A stretch of 64,000 bases of DNA, taken from contig CAVSGX010000007.1 in the NCBI GenBank assembly GCA_963727715.1, positions 36,688 through 100,687 on the forward strand. Direction: 5' to 3'. The translations under genes and the position numbers were made by a program. Under the pieces are notes generated by a model, which was not told the origin of the DNA, ran no database searches, and was given only the letters and a program-made list of their open reading frames with translations. Shown one piece after another: positions 1 through 8,306 of this stretch. Origin of the DNA: an uncultured bacterium. GTDB lineage: Bacteria > Patescibacteriota > Minisyncoccia > Phycocordibacterales > DATDWN01. Each line of letters starts with the position of its first letter. The first letter of the stretch is position 1.

Positions 1-288
1 GTTTTTGTTGTAAGGTTTGAAATCTTTATTCAAAAATACGAGTGAAAAATAGAGAAATAAAGTTGGAATACCTAGGGCCGACACATAATAAAAGTCAGCT
101 ATGTATATGGCCAAAGAGAAGTCCGTCTCCATTATGAAGAATGCAAGACCAATGGCCCAGAAAGAGGCAAAGAGCACGAAAAGAGAATATATGACATTGG
201 TTCTATCTCTTTTCCCTAGAAGTACAAAAAGGCTCAGTAGGGAATTTATTGTTGCTACTATAAATAATAGTGTAATTTGAAATTGCAT
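1..288 (-). CDS. N-terminal part of a multi-pass membrane protein, possibly a 7TM sensor histidine kinase (runs off the window)
   Basis: ATG at 288 just after the methyltransferase stop; hydrophobic reading MQFQITLLFIVATINSLLSLFVLLGKRDRTNVIYSLFVLFASFWAIGLAFF. Confidence 0.5.
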   Translation of the reverse strand, partial: MQFQITLLFIVATINSLLSLFVLLGKRDRTNVIYSLFVLFASFWAIGLAFFIMETDFSLAIYIADFYYVSALGIPTLFLYFSLVFLNKDFKPYNKN

Positions 289-291
289 AAA

Positions 292-1152
292 TTACTTTTT
301 GGCTACAACTATAGAGTGAATTTTGAGTGGTTCGTAAAACATTCTCATCTTATCAAAAGAGAAACCGGCTTTGTTGACTAACACACCCAATTCTTCCGGT
401 GTGCGATAAATCATGGGCCAATCTATGACATTTGTGATAAATCTTTCCTCTCTATTATGACTTATATTTGCTGTGATAACAATACCCTCATCTTGTAAAA
501 TAGAATATATGCCTTTAAAAGTTTCTATTACTTTTTCATCATTAAAATAATCCAAAAGACCAACCATTTCCACCACATCAAATTTTTTCTGTGGGTTGCT
601 TCTAAAAAAATTTCCTACAGTGTCATTTATCCAATTTAAATCAAAACCTGAAATATCTTTACAGAGAGCTTTGCTGTACTCAATCGCTTTCGGATTTTTA
701 TCAAGAAAAGTTATAGACAATTTCGTATCTTTGATATAGTTACTTCTCTGCACTACTTCCACAATAGCGCGCGAAGACCCTGAAGCGATACTTATTATAT
801 TTATCTCTCTATCTTTCGAGGAAATCTTTTCCAGATGATTATGCAATTCCCTCATCACAAACTTCAGACGATTCCGCACAGCTTTTGAATTATCCAGATT
901 GAACCAAACTTTTTGAAATAATTTATTAATTAAGTTTTCAGCCAAAAAACCTCTGCCCTTGTCATACAAAATCTCAAGCGCATTATGATTTGTGACATTA
1001 TCTATTACTTTCTTTGCTGCTAAATTTGATTTTCTTATATATTTCTTAAAACTCTTTGGTAGATTATTCAGAATAGGAACAAAAAAGAAATTAAAAAAAA
1101 TCCTCAATGTAGAATTTGTTTCTAACCCAAGAGATTTATCGTTATCAATCAT
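292..1152 (-). CDS. class I SAM-dependent methyltransferase
   Basis: IISIASGSS motif I, FLDKN, FDVVEMVGLLDY. Confidence 0.75.
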   Translation of the reverse strand: MIDNDKSLGLETNSTLRIFFNFFFVPILNNLPKSFKKYIRKSNLAAKKVIDNVTNHNALEILYDKGRGFLAENLINKLFQKVWFNLDNSKAVRNRLKFVMRELHNHLEKISSKDREINIISIASGSSRAIVEVVQRSNYIKDTKLSITFLDKNPKAIEYSKALCKDISGFDLNWINDTVGNFFRSNPQKKFDVVEMVGLLDYFNDEKVIETFKGIYSILQDEGIVITANISHNREERFITNVIDWPMIYRTPEELGVLVNKAGFSFDKMRMFYEPLKIHSIVVAKK

Positions 1153-1232
1153 TGAAATGATTTTTTGAATTATTAATTTGCGACAAAACTAAGTCTGGGA
1201 AATTTATTACATCTTGATTATACCATAATAAT

Positions 1233-1916
1233 TCAACTCATCGCTTCCTCTATCTTGTCCAACACTTTTTGGGCACCGGCCTGAAAATCTGCGACGCTGG
1301 GATTTTTAACTTGTGGTGGGATAATTTCATTCGCATACATTGGTTTACAGACCGTAATTGTTACTCTTCGACGGCGCATAAAGAAATCGCTAAACGATAT
1401 ATGAAAGAATGTGTCGATGGCGATTGGCACAACAGTCGCGCCTGTAACATAGGCCAGATACCCCAGCCCGCCGTGAGACGGATTCATCCGGCCATCACGG
1501 GTACGTTTGCCTTCGGGGAAAATGCACACTGTTTGCTTCATTCTCAAAAGTTTAATGTGATTGTCCAGAGAGATGGCATAATTTTTATGTCCAGAATATA
1601 CAGGGTAACCACCCAAAATGTTAAAAAAAATTCCACCATAAAAATAACTGCGCCAGCCAAAAGCTTTAAATTTTTCGGTCGGATTGGAAACAAAATAAAT
1701 CGGGAAAAATTTGGAGAAGAATGGAAAAATCAAAGGTGTGGTTGTGACATCAAGCTCGCTGGTATGGTTGACTGCCAGAATAATCGGTTTAAACAATTTA
1801 GAAATATTTTCCTTTCCTTTTATTTCAATATGAACAAAAAATTTATATACCAAAAAAAATATAACGTAAGCCAATTTTTGCAAAATAATAGGTGTGTAGT
1901 ATCTGAATCTTTTCAT
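1233..1916 (-). CDS. plsC: lysophospholipid acyltransferase (PlsC family)
   Basis: NHTSELD (HX4D) and IFPEGKRT motifs. Confidence 0.85.
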   Translation of the reverse strand: MKRFRYYTPIILQKLAYVIFFLVYKFFVHIEIKGKENISKLFKPIILAVNHTSELDVTTTPLIFPFFSKFFPIYFVSNPTEKFKAFGWRSYFYGGIFFNILGGYPVYSGHKNYAISLDNHIKLLRMKQTVCIFPEGKRTRDGRMNPSHGGLGYLAYVTGATVVPIAIDTFFHISFSDFFMRRRRVTITVCKPMYANEIIPPQVKNPSVADFQAGAQKVLDKIEEAMS

Positions 1917-1931
1917 AATTTTATTTAACCT

Positions 1932-2384
1932 TTATTTCAAACCTTTGCAGTTAGCGGCGGGAGTGTAGCCGGCAGAGCGGGCCAAGTCGGCTGAAGCGAA
2001 AGTGATTTGGTTCTCCGGTTTAATGCGCTTGGCTCCGGCACACCATGGGAAATAATATTTTGTGCCGGTTTTGGAAGCGACTACTTGCCCACCGGCCGAC
2101 ATTGTCGGTGTTGTTGACACCGTCGTTTGAGCCAACGATCCATCCTGCGCGCTTTCCGTTGAAAGATTGTCGGATTTTGCCTGTGAACCCACCACACCTG
2201 TTCCCTCTTCTGCCGAAATTACATTAGCTTGCTCATTTTGGGCGGGCTGTATTATTTTTATCGGAGTGTGTCTTTCTTCAATGGACGACAACCGCCCCAG
2301 AGCGAAAAAAATGCCGGCGATAATGATGAATAAAAAGAGAAAATAAAACGGCTTGATTTTTTCAACCAAATCCTTTATACTCAT
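1932..2384 (-). CDS. membrane-anchored protein with C-terminal Ada-like metal-binding domain
   Basis: N-terminal TM helix; ASKTGTKYYFPWC...AGYTPAANC. Confidence 0.7.
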   Translation of the reverse strand: MSIKDLVEKIKPFYFLFLFIIIAGIFFALGRLSSIEERHTPIKIIQPAQNEQANVISAEEGTGVVGSQAKSDNLSTESAQDGSLAQTTVSTTPTMSAGGQVVASKTGTKYYFPWCAGAKRIKPENQITFASADLARSAGYTPAANCKGLK

Positions 2385-2436
2385 ACAACCTTCATATTAC
2401 CAGATTTTAAAACAAAAAACGAGGGTTTAACATTTT

Positions 2437-2709
2437 ATGGCACATAAAAAGAGCGCCGGTTCCACACAAAATGGGCGAGATTCCAATCCAAAATACCTCG
2501 GTGTCAAAGTAACCGACGGAGACAAAGCACAGGCTGGATCTGTGATTGTTCGCCAACGTGGCACGGATGTCTTGCCGGGCAAAGGCGTCGGCATTGGCAA
2601 AGATCACACCATTTTCTCGCTGATTTCCGGCACGGTAAAGTTCAGCACCAAACGCAAAATGCATTTTGACAGAAAAGTGATGACTAAAAAAGTGGTCAAT
2701 GTGGTATAA
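2437..2709 (+). CDS. rpmA: 50S ribosomal protein L27
   Basis: [24 protein letters not shown]...IVRQRGT. Confidence 0.98.
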   Translation: MAHKKSAGSTQNGRDSNPKYLGVKVTDGDKAQAGSVIVRQRGTDVLPGKGVGIGKDHTIFSLISGTVKFSTKRKMHFDRKVMTKKVVNVV

Positions 2710-2715
2710 AAAATA

Positions 2716-2737
2716 AAAGCCCCGAAAGGGGTTTTTG
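2716..2737 (+). terminator. intrinsic terminator after rpmA
   Basis: aaagcccc-gaaa-ggggttttt hairpin plus T run. Confidence 0.7.
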
Positions 2738-2783
2738 CTTTACAAAAAATGAGTTCCGTTGTATTCTGTCAAAAGGAGAGGAT

Positions 2784-3005
2784 ATGAGAGTCAAGGTGCC
2801 CGTAAAAAGAATCCCCGATTCTTTATACAATAGAATTTTCTGGTCATGTTTTTTGGTGATATTATTGTCAGCTTTCGGGTTTGATTTCACTGAAAAATAC
2901 AAGTGGGTGTTCCAACTTATTACCCTTTTAACCGTGGCGATAATGATCTTTATGCACTTTGTTCAAGTATTTTCAAATGACGAAAACAGAACCTCTCAAA
3001 ATTGA
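2784..3005 (+). CDS. small hypothetical membrane protein
   Basis: GGAGAGG before ATG; two hydrophobic segments. Confidence 0.5.
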   Translation: MRVKVPVKRIPDSLYNRIFWSCFLVILLSAFGFDFTEKYKWVFQLITLLTVAIMIFMHFVQVFSNDENRTSQN

Positions 3006-3012
3006 GAGGTTT

Positions 3013-3459
3013 TCATTTATCCGCTTCAACCACCACAGTCACTTCGGCTTTTTTGCCAAGAGCTTGCACGGTCACTTTGTGCTGGCCGATTTCTTTGATG
3101 GGTTTGTCCAAAACAATTGATTCTGAATCAAGATTGAGATGTGTCTGTTTAAAAATTTCAGCAATCAAAGTTTCTCTGCCAATGCCGGCAAAAAGATGAC
3201 CCTTGTCATTGGCTTTGCCTGAAATGTGAATCACGACTTGTTTCAGTTGGTCAAGACTTTTAACCAAAAGCTCGGCTTGAATTTTCTTTTCGGCGCCATC
3301 TTTTTCTTTTTGCTGATCAATTTTTTTAACAGCGCTTTCTATGGCTGGCACAGCAAACCCACGTGGTATCAAAAAATTTTGGGCATGTCCGTCAGAGACA
3401 TTTTTCACTTCATATTTTCGTCCGAGCTTTGGCACATCTTTCAGTAAAATGACTTTCAT
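3013..3459 (-). CDS. rplI: 50S ribosomal protein L9
   Basis: MKVILLKDVPKLG...VSDGHAQNFLIPRG. Confidence 0.97.
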   Translation of the reverse strand: MKVILLKDVPKLGRKYEVKNVSDGHAQNFLIPRGFAVPAIESAVKKIDQQKEKDGAEKKIQAELLVKSLDQLKQVVIHISGKANDKGHLFAGIGRETLIAEIFKQTHLNLDSESIVLDKPIKEIGQHKVTVQALGKKAEVTVVVEADK

Positions 3460-3468
3460 ATTTGTATT

Positions 3469-4710
3469 TTATTTATCCAACAATTGAACCGTAGCATCTA
3501 TCTGTGTGTCCACTCCTTTGGCAAACTGCTTGTCGTCGAGCTTGACCACCAAATCCGGCGAGAGGCCTTCGTGCGAAATGGAAATGCCGTTTGGCGTCAG
3601 CCATTTGGCCACCGTCACTTTGAGTGATGTGTTCGGCGTGATATCCACCAACTCTTGCACCGAGCCTTTGCCGAAAGATTGTGTGCCAACCAAAGTGGCC
3701 ACACCGTGATCGTGAAGCGCGCCGGCCAAAATCTCCGAAGCGCTGGCGCTACCGCCGTCTATCAAAACGACTAGCTTTAATTTATCGTTGAAAATATCAT
3801 AACCTTTGCTACGGTATATCGTGTTGTTGGTATTGTTGCGATAATCCTCCTGCACCACCACATCGCCCATCGGCAAATACCAACTGGCCATATCCACCGC
3901 CGCATCAAGATATCCGCCCGGATTGCCCCGCAGATCAATTATCATTTTGGATTTGCCAGATTCAATGAACTGACGCAGGGCACCTCTGAAAAGATCCGCC
4001 GAGTTGGCCGAAAAATTATAAAGATGAATGACAAAAACATCTCCATGAACTTCGGTATCCAGAGTCGGAATATCTATGACATCGCGAACGATGGGAATGT
4101 TTATCGGATCCTTGACACCGGAGCGCGCGACTGTCAGGTTGACGGTTGTGCCGGCTTTACCCCGAATCATATTGATGGCCTCATCCACGGAAAGAGTGCT
4201 GGTTAAAGTTTTGTCGATTTGAATGATTTGATCTCCGGGTTTCAGACCGGCTTTGTAGGCCGGAGTATTTTTGAGTGGAGCGATGACAGTCAAAACGCCG
4301 TTGGCCTGCCCGATCTCCACACCGATGCCTTCAAAGTTTCCGCTGATCTGGTCGTTGAAATTTTTTGATTCTACCGGCGGGAAAAAAGTGGTGTAAGGAT
4401 CGCCCAAGGAGTCCACCATCCCACTTATCGCTCCCCAAACTCGAGTTTGGTCGGAAACTTTTTCTGTAGTTGTGCTATTTGTCGGGACATATTTTTCGTC
4501 AATAACATTCCAAGCTTTCCAAAAAGGAGCAAAGTCAACCGAGGTCGAACCATTTGAATCTTTGTTTAAAATATTTGAAAGATAGACTTCGTCCGGCGTG
4601 GTTTTGCGACCAAGCCAAAAACCGGAAAAAAATATGACCACAAAAACAACAAAAATGGTTACCAGTTTCCCCCAGCCGACTTTGCCGACAAAATCTTTTA
4701 TTTTTTGCAT
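3469..4710 (-). CDS. carboxyl-terminal processing protease (S41, PDZ)
   Basis: IIDLRGNPGG, SASASEI, SFGKGSVQ; likely start MQKIKDF at 4710, since the longer ORF runs into the terminator and RNA array. Confidence 0.92.
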   Translation of the reverse strand: MQKIKDFVGKVGWGKLVTIFVVFVVIFFSGFWLGRKTTPDEVYLSNILNKDSNGSTSVDFAPFWKAWNVIDEKYVPTNSTTTEKVSDQTRVWGAISGMVDSLGDPYTTFFPPVESKNFNDQISGNFEGIGVEIGQANGVLTVIAPLKNTPAYKAGLKPGDQIIQIDKTLTSTLSVDEAINMIRGKAGTTVNLTVARSGVKDPINIPIVRDVIDIPTLDTEVHGDVFVIHLYNFSANSADLFRGALRQFIESGKSKMIIDLRGNPGGYLDAAVDMASWYLPMGDVVVQEDYRNNTNNTIYRSKGYDIFNDKLKLVVLIDGGSASASEILAGALHDHGVATLVGTQSFGKGSVQELVDITPNTSLKVTVAKWLTPNGISISHEGLSPDLVVKLDDKQFAKGVDTQIDATVQLLDK

Positions 4711-4755
4711 TTTGTCTATTATCGCAGAAATGAGGGGGTGGGTCAAATTAATGAA

Positions 4756-4787
4756 AATTCCCGTCAGCTGTGAAGCCGACGGGAATT
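4756..4787 (-). terminator. terminator-like hairpin closing the array/Tas-like transcript
   Basis: aattcccgtcagct-gtga-agccgacgggaatt; the single mismatch is G-U on the minus strand; followed by an AT-rich tail. Confidence 0.65.
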
Positions 4788-4797
4788 GAGTGGGCAC

Positions 4798-5198
4798 TGA
4801 GGATAAAGGAGCATTCAAGTTTCAACAAAGAAACAATCGTCCATTATTACCCTCATCAAAATTCACAAAAATCATTTTCCAAACTTTGATGAGTCCCCGA
4901 GTGCCTTGCGACACTCGGGGTTTGGGATAAGGTCCTCTCAGTTCCTATGAACAAATGGATCTCAATCCCAATTTTGAAAGAACATGCAGGATACTCGGGT
5001 CCCAGTCTTGAAAGACACCCCTATCAAAATCCTGACCCGACGCAAGATCGGGAAGCCGACTGTAAGCGTCGGCTCAAAACCAAGAAATTGTGGGTGGAAC
5101 AGTCGTCTTTTAATCCCTAGGGATACCAGAGAACTAGTTCCACCCAGAACGGACACCGACATCTAAATCCCGAGAGATACTTCGACGGGTAGTCCGTT
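4798..5198 (-). ncRNA. downstream stem-loop guide-like array (5 units)
   Basis: Units at 4798-4855, 4922-4971, 4987-5034, 5091-5146, 5148-5198; each is stem, 12-nt arm, hairpin, 12-nt arm (one is 13 nt), stem. Confidence 0.85.
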
Positions 5199-6471
5199 AT
5201 GCCGCGATCCCGTCGTCGCTTTCCGGCTTGGTGGTCAAACCTTCGAGTGCCCACCAGTCGCGGAAGAGTGCCTCGACGAATTTGCCGATGACATACCACG
5301 TAGCCATCTTGTGGATATGGCCGTTGGTGTATCGCAGAGTGCCCTTGAGACCGGTCACTTTGCGAACTTCGCCATTGTCGTGAACGGTCACCGTGAAGGT
5401 TCCGTCGGATGACTTGGTGAACTCACCTTCGCGGAGTTCATAGGCTGTTTCCGTTTTGTCGCCGTTTTTGACGACGAGAACCGGACACGGATGACTGGCC
5501 CGATACTTGGCCTTGGCCGAGAGGAGTTTTTCTCCCCATTCGGAATTGGGCCGACGGTTGAATTGATCACCGAGAAGGTAGAGTGCCTGACGGCAATCTC
5601 CGTTCCAGTTGGCCACTTCGCTGTTGCGCCGGCGGGGGAAGCGTCCGTCGCCGAGCAGATGCACTCCGCAGAAAGCGCGGAGCTTCGCTTTGGTTTCGAA
5701 CCGGCGAATATCAATCACCGCCCCGATGATGCGTGAAGCGATCATCGGGCCGAGGCCGACCACCGGCTTGAAAAGCTCGGTGTAGATGTCTAGCGCCTCG
5801 CAAGCCTTGGTCAGTTCGCGCTCGCGTTTGGCTTCCTCGGCAACGACCGCTTTGTAAATCTTGTCGTTGGCCTTGGCATCGTCGAATTGCTTCTCGATAC
5901 CACCTTCGGGGAATCTCCCTTCAGGCGAACAGAATACAGCACCGATGAGATGCTGGCGAAGCCGTTGCTCGCAAGCAATGCGGGCCTTCATGGCATCCTC
6001 GCGAGCGCGCAAGCATTCGCGAAGCCAGATGAGGTTGAGATCGCGAGGGCCGACCTGATAGAAATCAGCCGGCTTCTCGGACAAATGGGTTGCCAGAAGT
6101 TCGGCTTGGCATTCTCTGGCCACCGAGTTGGACAATCCTTCCCGCTCGTTCTGTTTCTTGAACACGAACGGCGGAATGCGATGCACCGAGGCGCCGATTT
6201 CCTGGCCACGACGGGCCAGAGCAAAGGCGAGGTTGTCGCCACTGCCACCGAGCGCCATTGCCACCTTGTCTCCGGGCTGGAGACCTCCGCGAGCCGTTGT
6301 GTCTTTGTGGAACTTCACACTGTGACGCCCCATGACGAAGTCCAGCTCGTCGGTTTCCGTTTCCAATTTCTCATTTACGGTTTGGCCGTTTTCGAGGATG
6401 GCCACTTGCGTGGGTCGAGCCTCTCCTTCGGCAGTTCTTTTGACGCGGTGACGAATGCCGATGATTCTCAT
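5197..6471 (-). CDS. IS110/Nop-domain protein (TIGR-Tas-like) with degenerate RuvC-like N-terminus
   Basis: VGLGPMIASRIIGAVIDIRRFETKAKLRAFCG resembles the IS116/IS110/IS902 domain; C-terminal GHIHKMATWYVIGKFVEALFRDWW; AAGGAG RBS before ATG 6471; GC higher than the flanks. Confidence 0.8.
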   Translation of the reverse strand: MRIIGIRHRVKRTAEGEARPTQVAILENGQTVNEKLETETDELDFVMGRHSVKFHKDTTARGGLQPGDKVAMALGGSGDNLAFALARRGQEIGASVHRIPPFVFKKQNEREGLSNSVARECQAELLATHLSEKPADFYQVGPRDLNLIWLRECLRAREDAMKARIACEQRLRQHLIGAVFCSPEGRFPEGGIEKQFDDAKANDKIYKAVVAEEAKRERELTKACEALDIYTELFKPVVGLGPMIASRIIGAVIDIRRFETKAKLRAFCGVHLLGDGRFPRRRNSEVANWNGDCRQALYLLGDQFNRRPNSEWGEKLLSAKAKYRASHPCPVLVVKNGDKTETAYELREGEFTKSSDGTFTVTVHDNGEVRKVTGLKGTLRYTNGHIHKMATWYVIGKFVEALFRDWWALEGLTTKPESDDGIAA

Positions 6472-6504
6472 CGTCACTCCTTTCAGTCCTTGCGGACACA
6501 TTTT

Positions 6505-7185
6505 TGCGGACGCACAATACTAATAGTCCTTTCAGACACCCAGTATCAAGCATCCGCATTTCAAAGAACAAGCGAGCATACACGGTTTAGTCTTTTCAGA
6601 CAATCCTGTTCTAGCTCGCAGATTCACTTCCCCGTTGAGAAATGAAGTTAGGGGTGGACACTAAGGATTAAGTTCTTACGAACAAGACCTTAAAAAATCC
6701 ACCTAAATCTTGAGGGTTACGAAAGGTGTAGTTTTCTTACGAAAACAGTTGTCAAATAAACCCTCATCAATTCAGACAAAATGATTTTGCATAAATTGAT
6801 GAGAGGGCGAGATATACCGCGTCGAGTTCCAAAGAACACGGGAGCGCTAATCTCGCCCACAGCAGACAGTACGCCTCTAGATTTTTTCAATCAATAAAAC
6901 GCTAGTCTGCTGAATTTGACCCTAAACCCTTGGTTGGGTAAAAAGAACTGTGCGGATATGTTGTTTCCATTTCTTTCGAAAAGTATACCTCAAATCCGCA
7001 CTGGCAGACATCACGATTATATTCGTCGCGGAAACTCTCGAGATGGTCTGCCAAACTTATGATTGCGATTATTATTGCAGGGGCAAACACAGCAGTGTTA
7101 TTTATTTCGAAAACTGCAAGTTAAGTTTGCTCCATTTGCTGACATCGGAGACCAAGCCCGAAAGCAACTCTTTGTTAGTCAGCAA
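6505..7185 (-). ncRNA. upstream stem-loop guide-like array (10 units)
   Basis: Units at 6505-6558, 6572-6619, 6653-6703, 6711-6766, 6805-6858, 6860-6912, 6950-7001, 7002-7053, 7080-7133, 7136-7185; 12x12-nt internal loops; inner loops are mostly GNRA/UUCG on the minus strand. Confidence 0.88.
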
Positions 7186-7197
7186 CCTCTACACAAC

Positions 7198-7225
7198 ATA
7201 TTACATAAAATCAATATTTTGTCAA
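7198..7225 (-). promoter_or_regulatory. sigma70-like promoter for the array and Tas-like gene
   Basis: minus strand TTGACA-16 nt-TAATAT ending about 12 nt before the first array unit. Confidence 0.65.
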
Positions 7226-7279
7226 ATAGTTTTCCGTTTTGCATTTTGATTTTTGAATTTTGCATTATATACTTATCTC

Positions 7280-8194
7280 ATGATCACCACACATAAATAC
7301 GACAATGAGACTTGGGTCGACATCGACTCGGGTACGCCAGAAGAGATTCGCGAAATAATTAACACATACAAAATCCATCCGCTTCTGGCAAGAGAGCTTT
7401 TGGGCACAGATCGTAAAGCCAAAGTGAAATTTTACGGCGATTATATTTATTGCATCTTGCATTTTCCGGCTTTCAAACACAGTCACGAAAATGAAATTAA
7501 TCAGGAAGTGGATTTTATAATCGGCAAAGACCTCCTTATCACCGGCAGATACGACACCGTAGACGCCATGCATAAATTCAGCAAGTCACTTGAAGTCAAA
7601 GAAGTTTTGGAAAAAGAGGGTTCTGATTTTTACGACCATTTTATTTTCATTGAACTTTTGCGGGAACTTTACGCCGGACTTTTTGACGAACTTTCTTATA
7701 TTGAAGACTTGACTGAAGACATTACCAAAAAAATATTTCAGGGCCGAGAAAAAGATATGGTGGTGGCTATTTCCGAAGTGACTCGCACTTTGCTGGATTT
7801 CAAAAAAGTAACCGACTTGCACCATGATGTTTTGGACACTCTGTTCCACCGAGGCAGAGCCATTTTCGGCGACAAGTTTTCCGATGGTGTTGAAAGCATC
7901 ATGCTCGATTATTTGAAAATAAACAACGCCATAAAAAGCAACTTGGAAAGTTTGCGTGAACTGCGCGACACCAACGATTCCCTTCTGTCCACCAAACAAA
8001 ACGAAATAATGAAACAGCTAACCGTCCTAGGCGCAATCGTTTTGCCGATTTCCATCATCTGCCAACTTTTCGGTATGAGTATACGGACATTTCCACTTCA
8101 AGACAACCCGAACGCCTTTTGGATTATTTTGACGACAATGTGCGTCATAGCTCTGGTCACTCTGATTTACGCCAAAAGCAAAAAGTGGGTGTGA
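7280..8194 (+). CDS. corA: CorA family divalent cation transporter
   Basis: KQNEIMKQLTV, LFGMS (GMN-like), two C-terminal TM helices. Confidence 0.85.
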   Translation: MITTHKYDNETWVDIDSGTPEEIREIINTYKIHPLLARELLGTDRKAKVKFYGDYIYCILHFPAFKHSHENEINQEVDFIIGKDLLITGRYDTVDAMHKFSKSLEVKEVLEKEGSDFYDHFIFIELLRELYAGLFDELSYIEDLTEDITKKIFQGREKDMVVAISEVTRTLLDFKKVTDLHHDVLDTLFHRGRAIFGDKFSDGVESIMLDYLKINNAIKSNLESLRELRDTNDSLLSTKQNEIMKQLTVLGAIVLPISIICQLFGMSIRTFPLQDNPNAFWIILTTMCVIALVTLIYAKSKKWV

Positions 8195-8197
8195 GAA

Positions 8198-8302
8198 AAT
8201 TGATCTAATTTCTAATTAACCTAAACAAATTCCAATGACCAATTTGGTGGTTAGGGTTTTGTTATTATTTAGAAATTAGTATAATTAGGTCAATTAAAAA
8301 TT
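8198..8302. repeat. AT-rich imperfect palindrome, family A copy 1
   Basis: aattgatctaatttctaatt...ccaatgaccaa...aattaggtcaatt; similar copies at 19041, 20618, 22517. Confidence 0.7.
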
Positions 8303-8306
8303 AATT

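Noticed and set aside
5197-6471. Ordinary active IS110 transposase
   Set aside because: The DEDD residues and catalytic serine appear absent, and there are 15 guide-like loops rather than one bridge RNA.
6474-6504. Possible 16th array unit around gtcc-ttgc-ggac
   Set aside because: An inner hairpin is present but there is no closing outer stem; the region holds the RBS.
5887-6645. 252-aa antisense ORF and similar shadow ORFs across the window
   Set aside because: They lie opposite well-supported genes and have no motifs.
6719-6730. Arm acgaaaggtgta resembles a 23S rRNA segment as I recall it (snoRNA-like targeting idea)
   Set aside because: One imperfect 12-nt match from memory among 30 arms; other arms show no convincing rRNA match and no methyltransferase is linked.
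4798-7185. CRISPR array
   Set aside because: No identical direct repeats and no cas genes; only the secondary structure and arm length recur.
6902-7296. Short ORFs over the upstream array, plus the N-terminal extensions of the S41 (to 4818) and MFS (from 26035) ORFs
   Set aside because: They run through structured non-coding elements and have no recognisable protein features.
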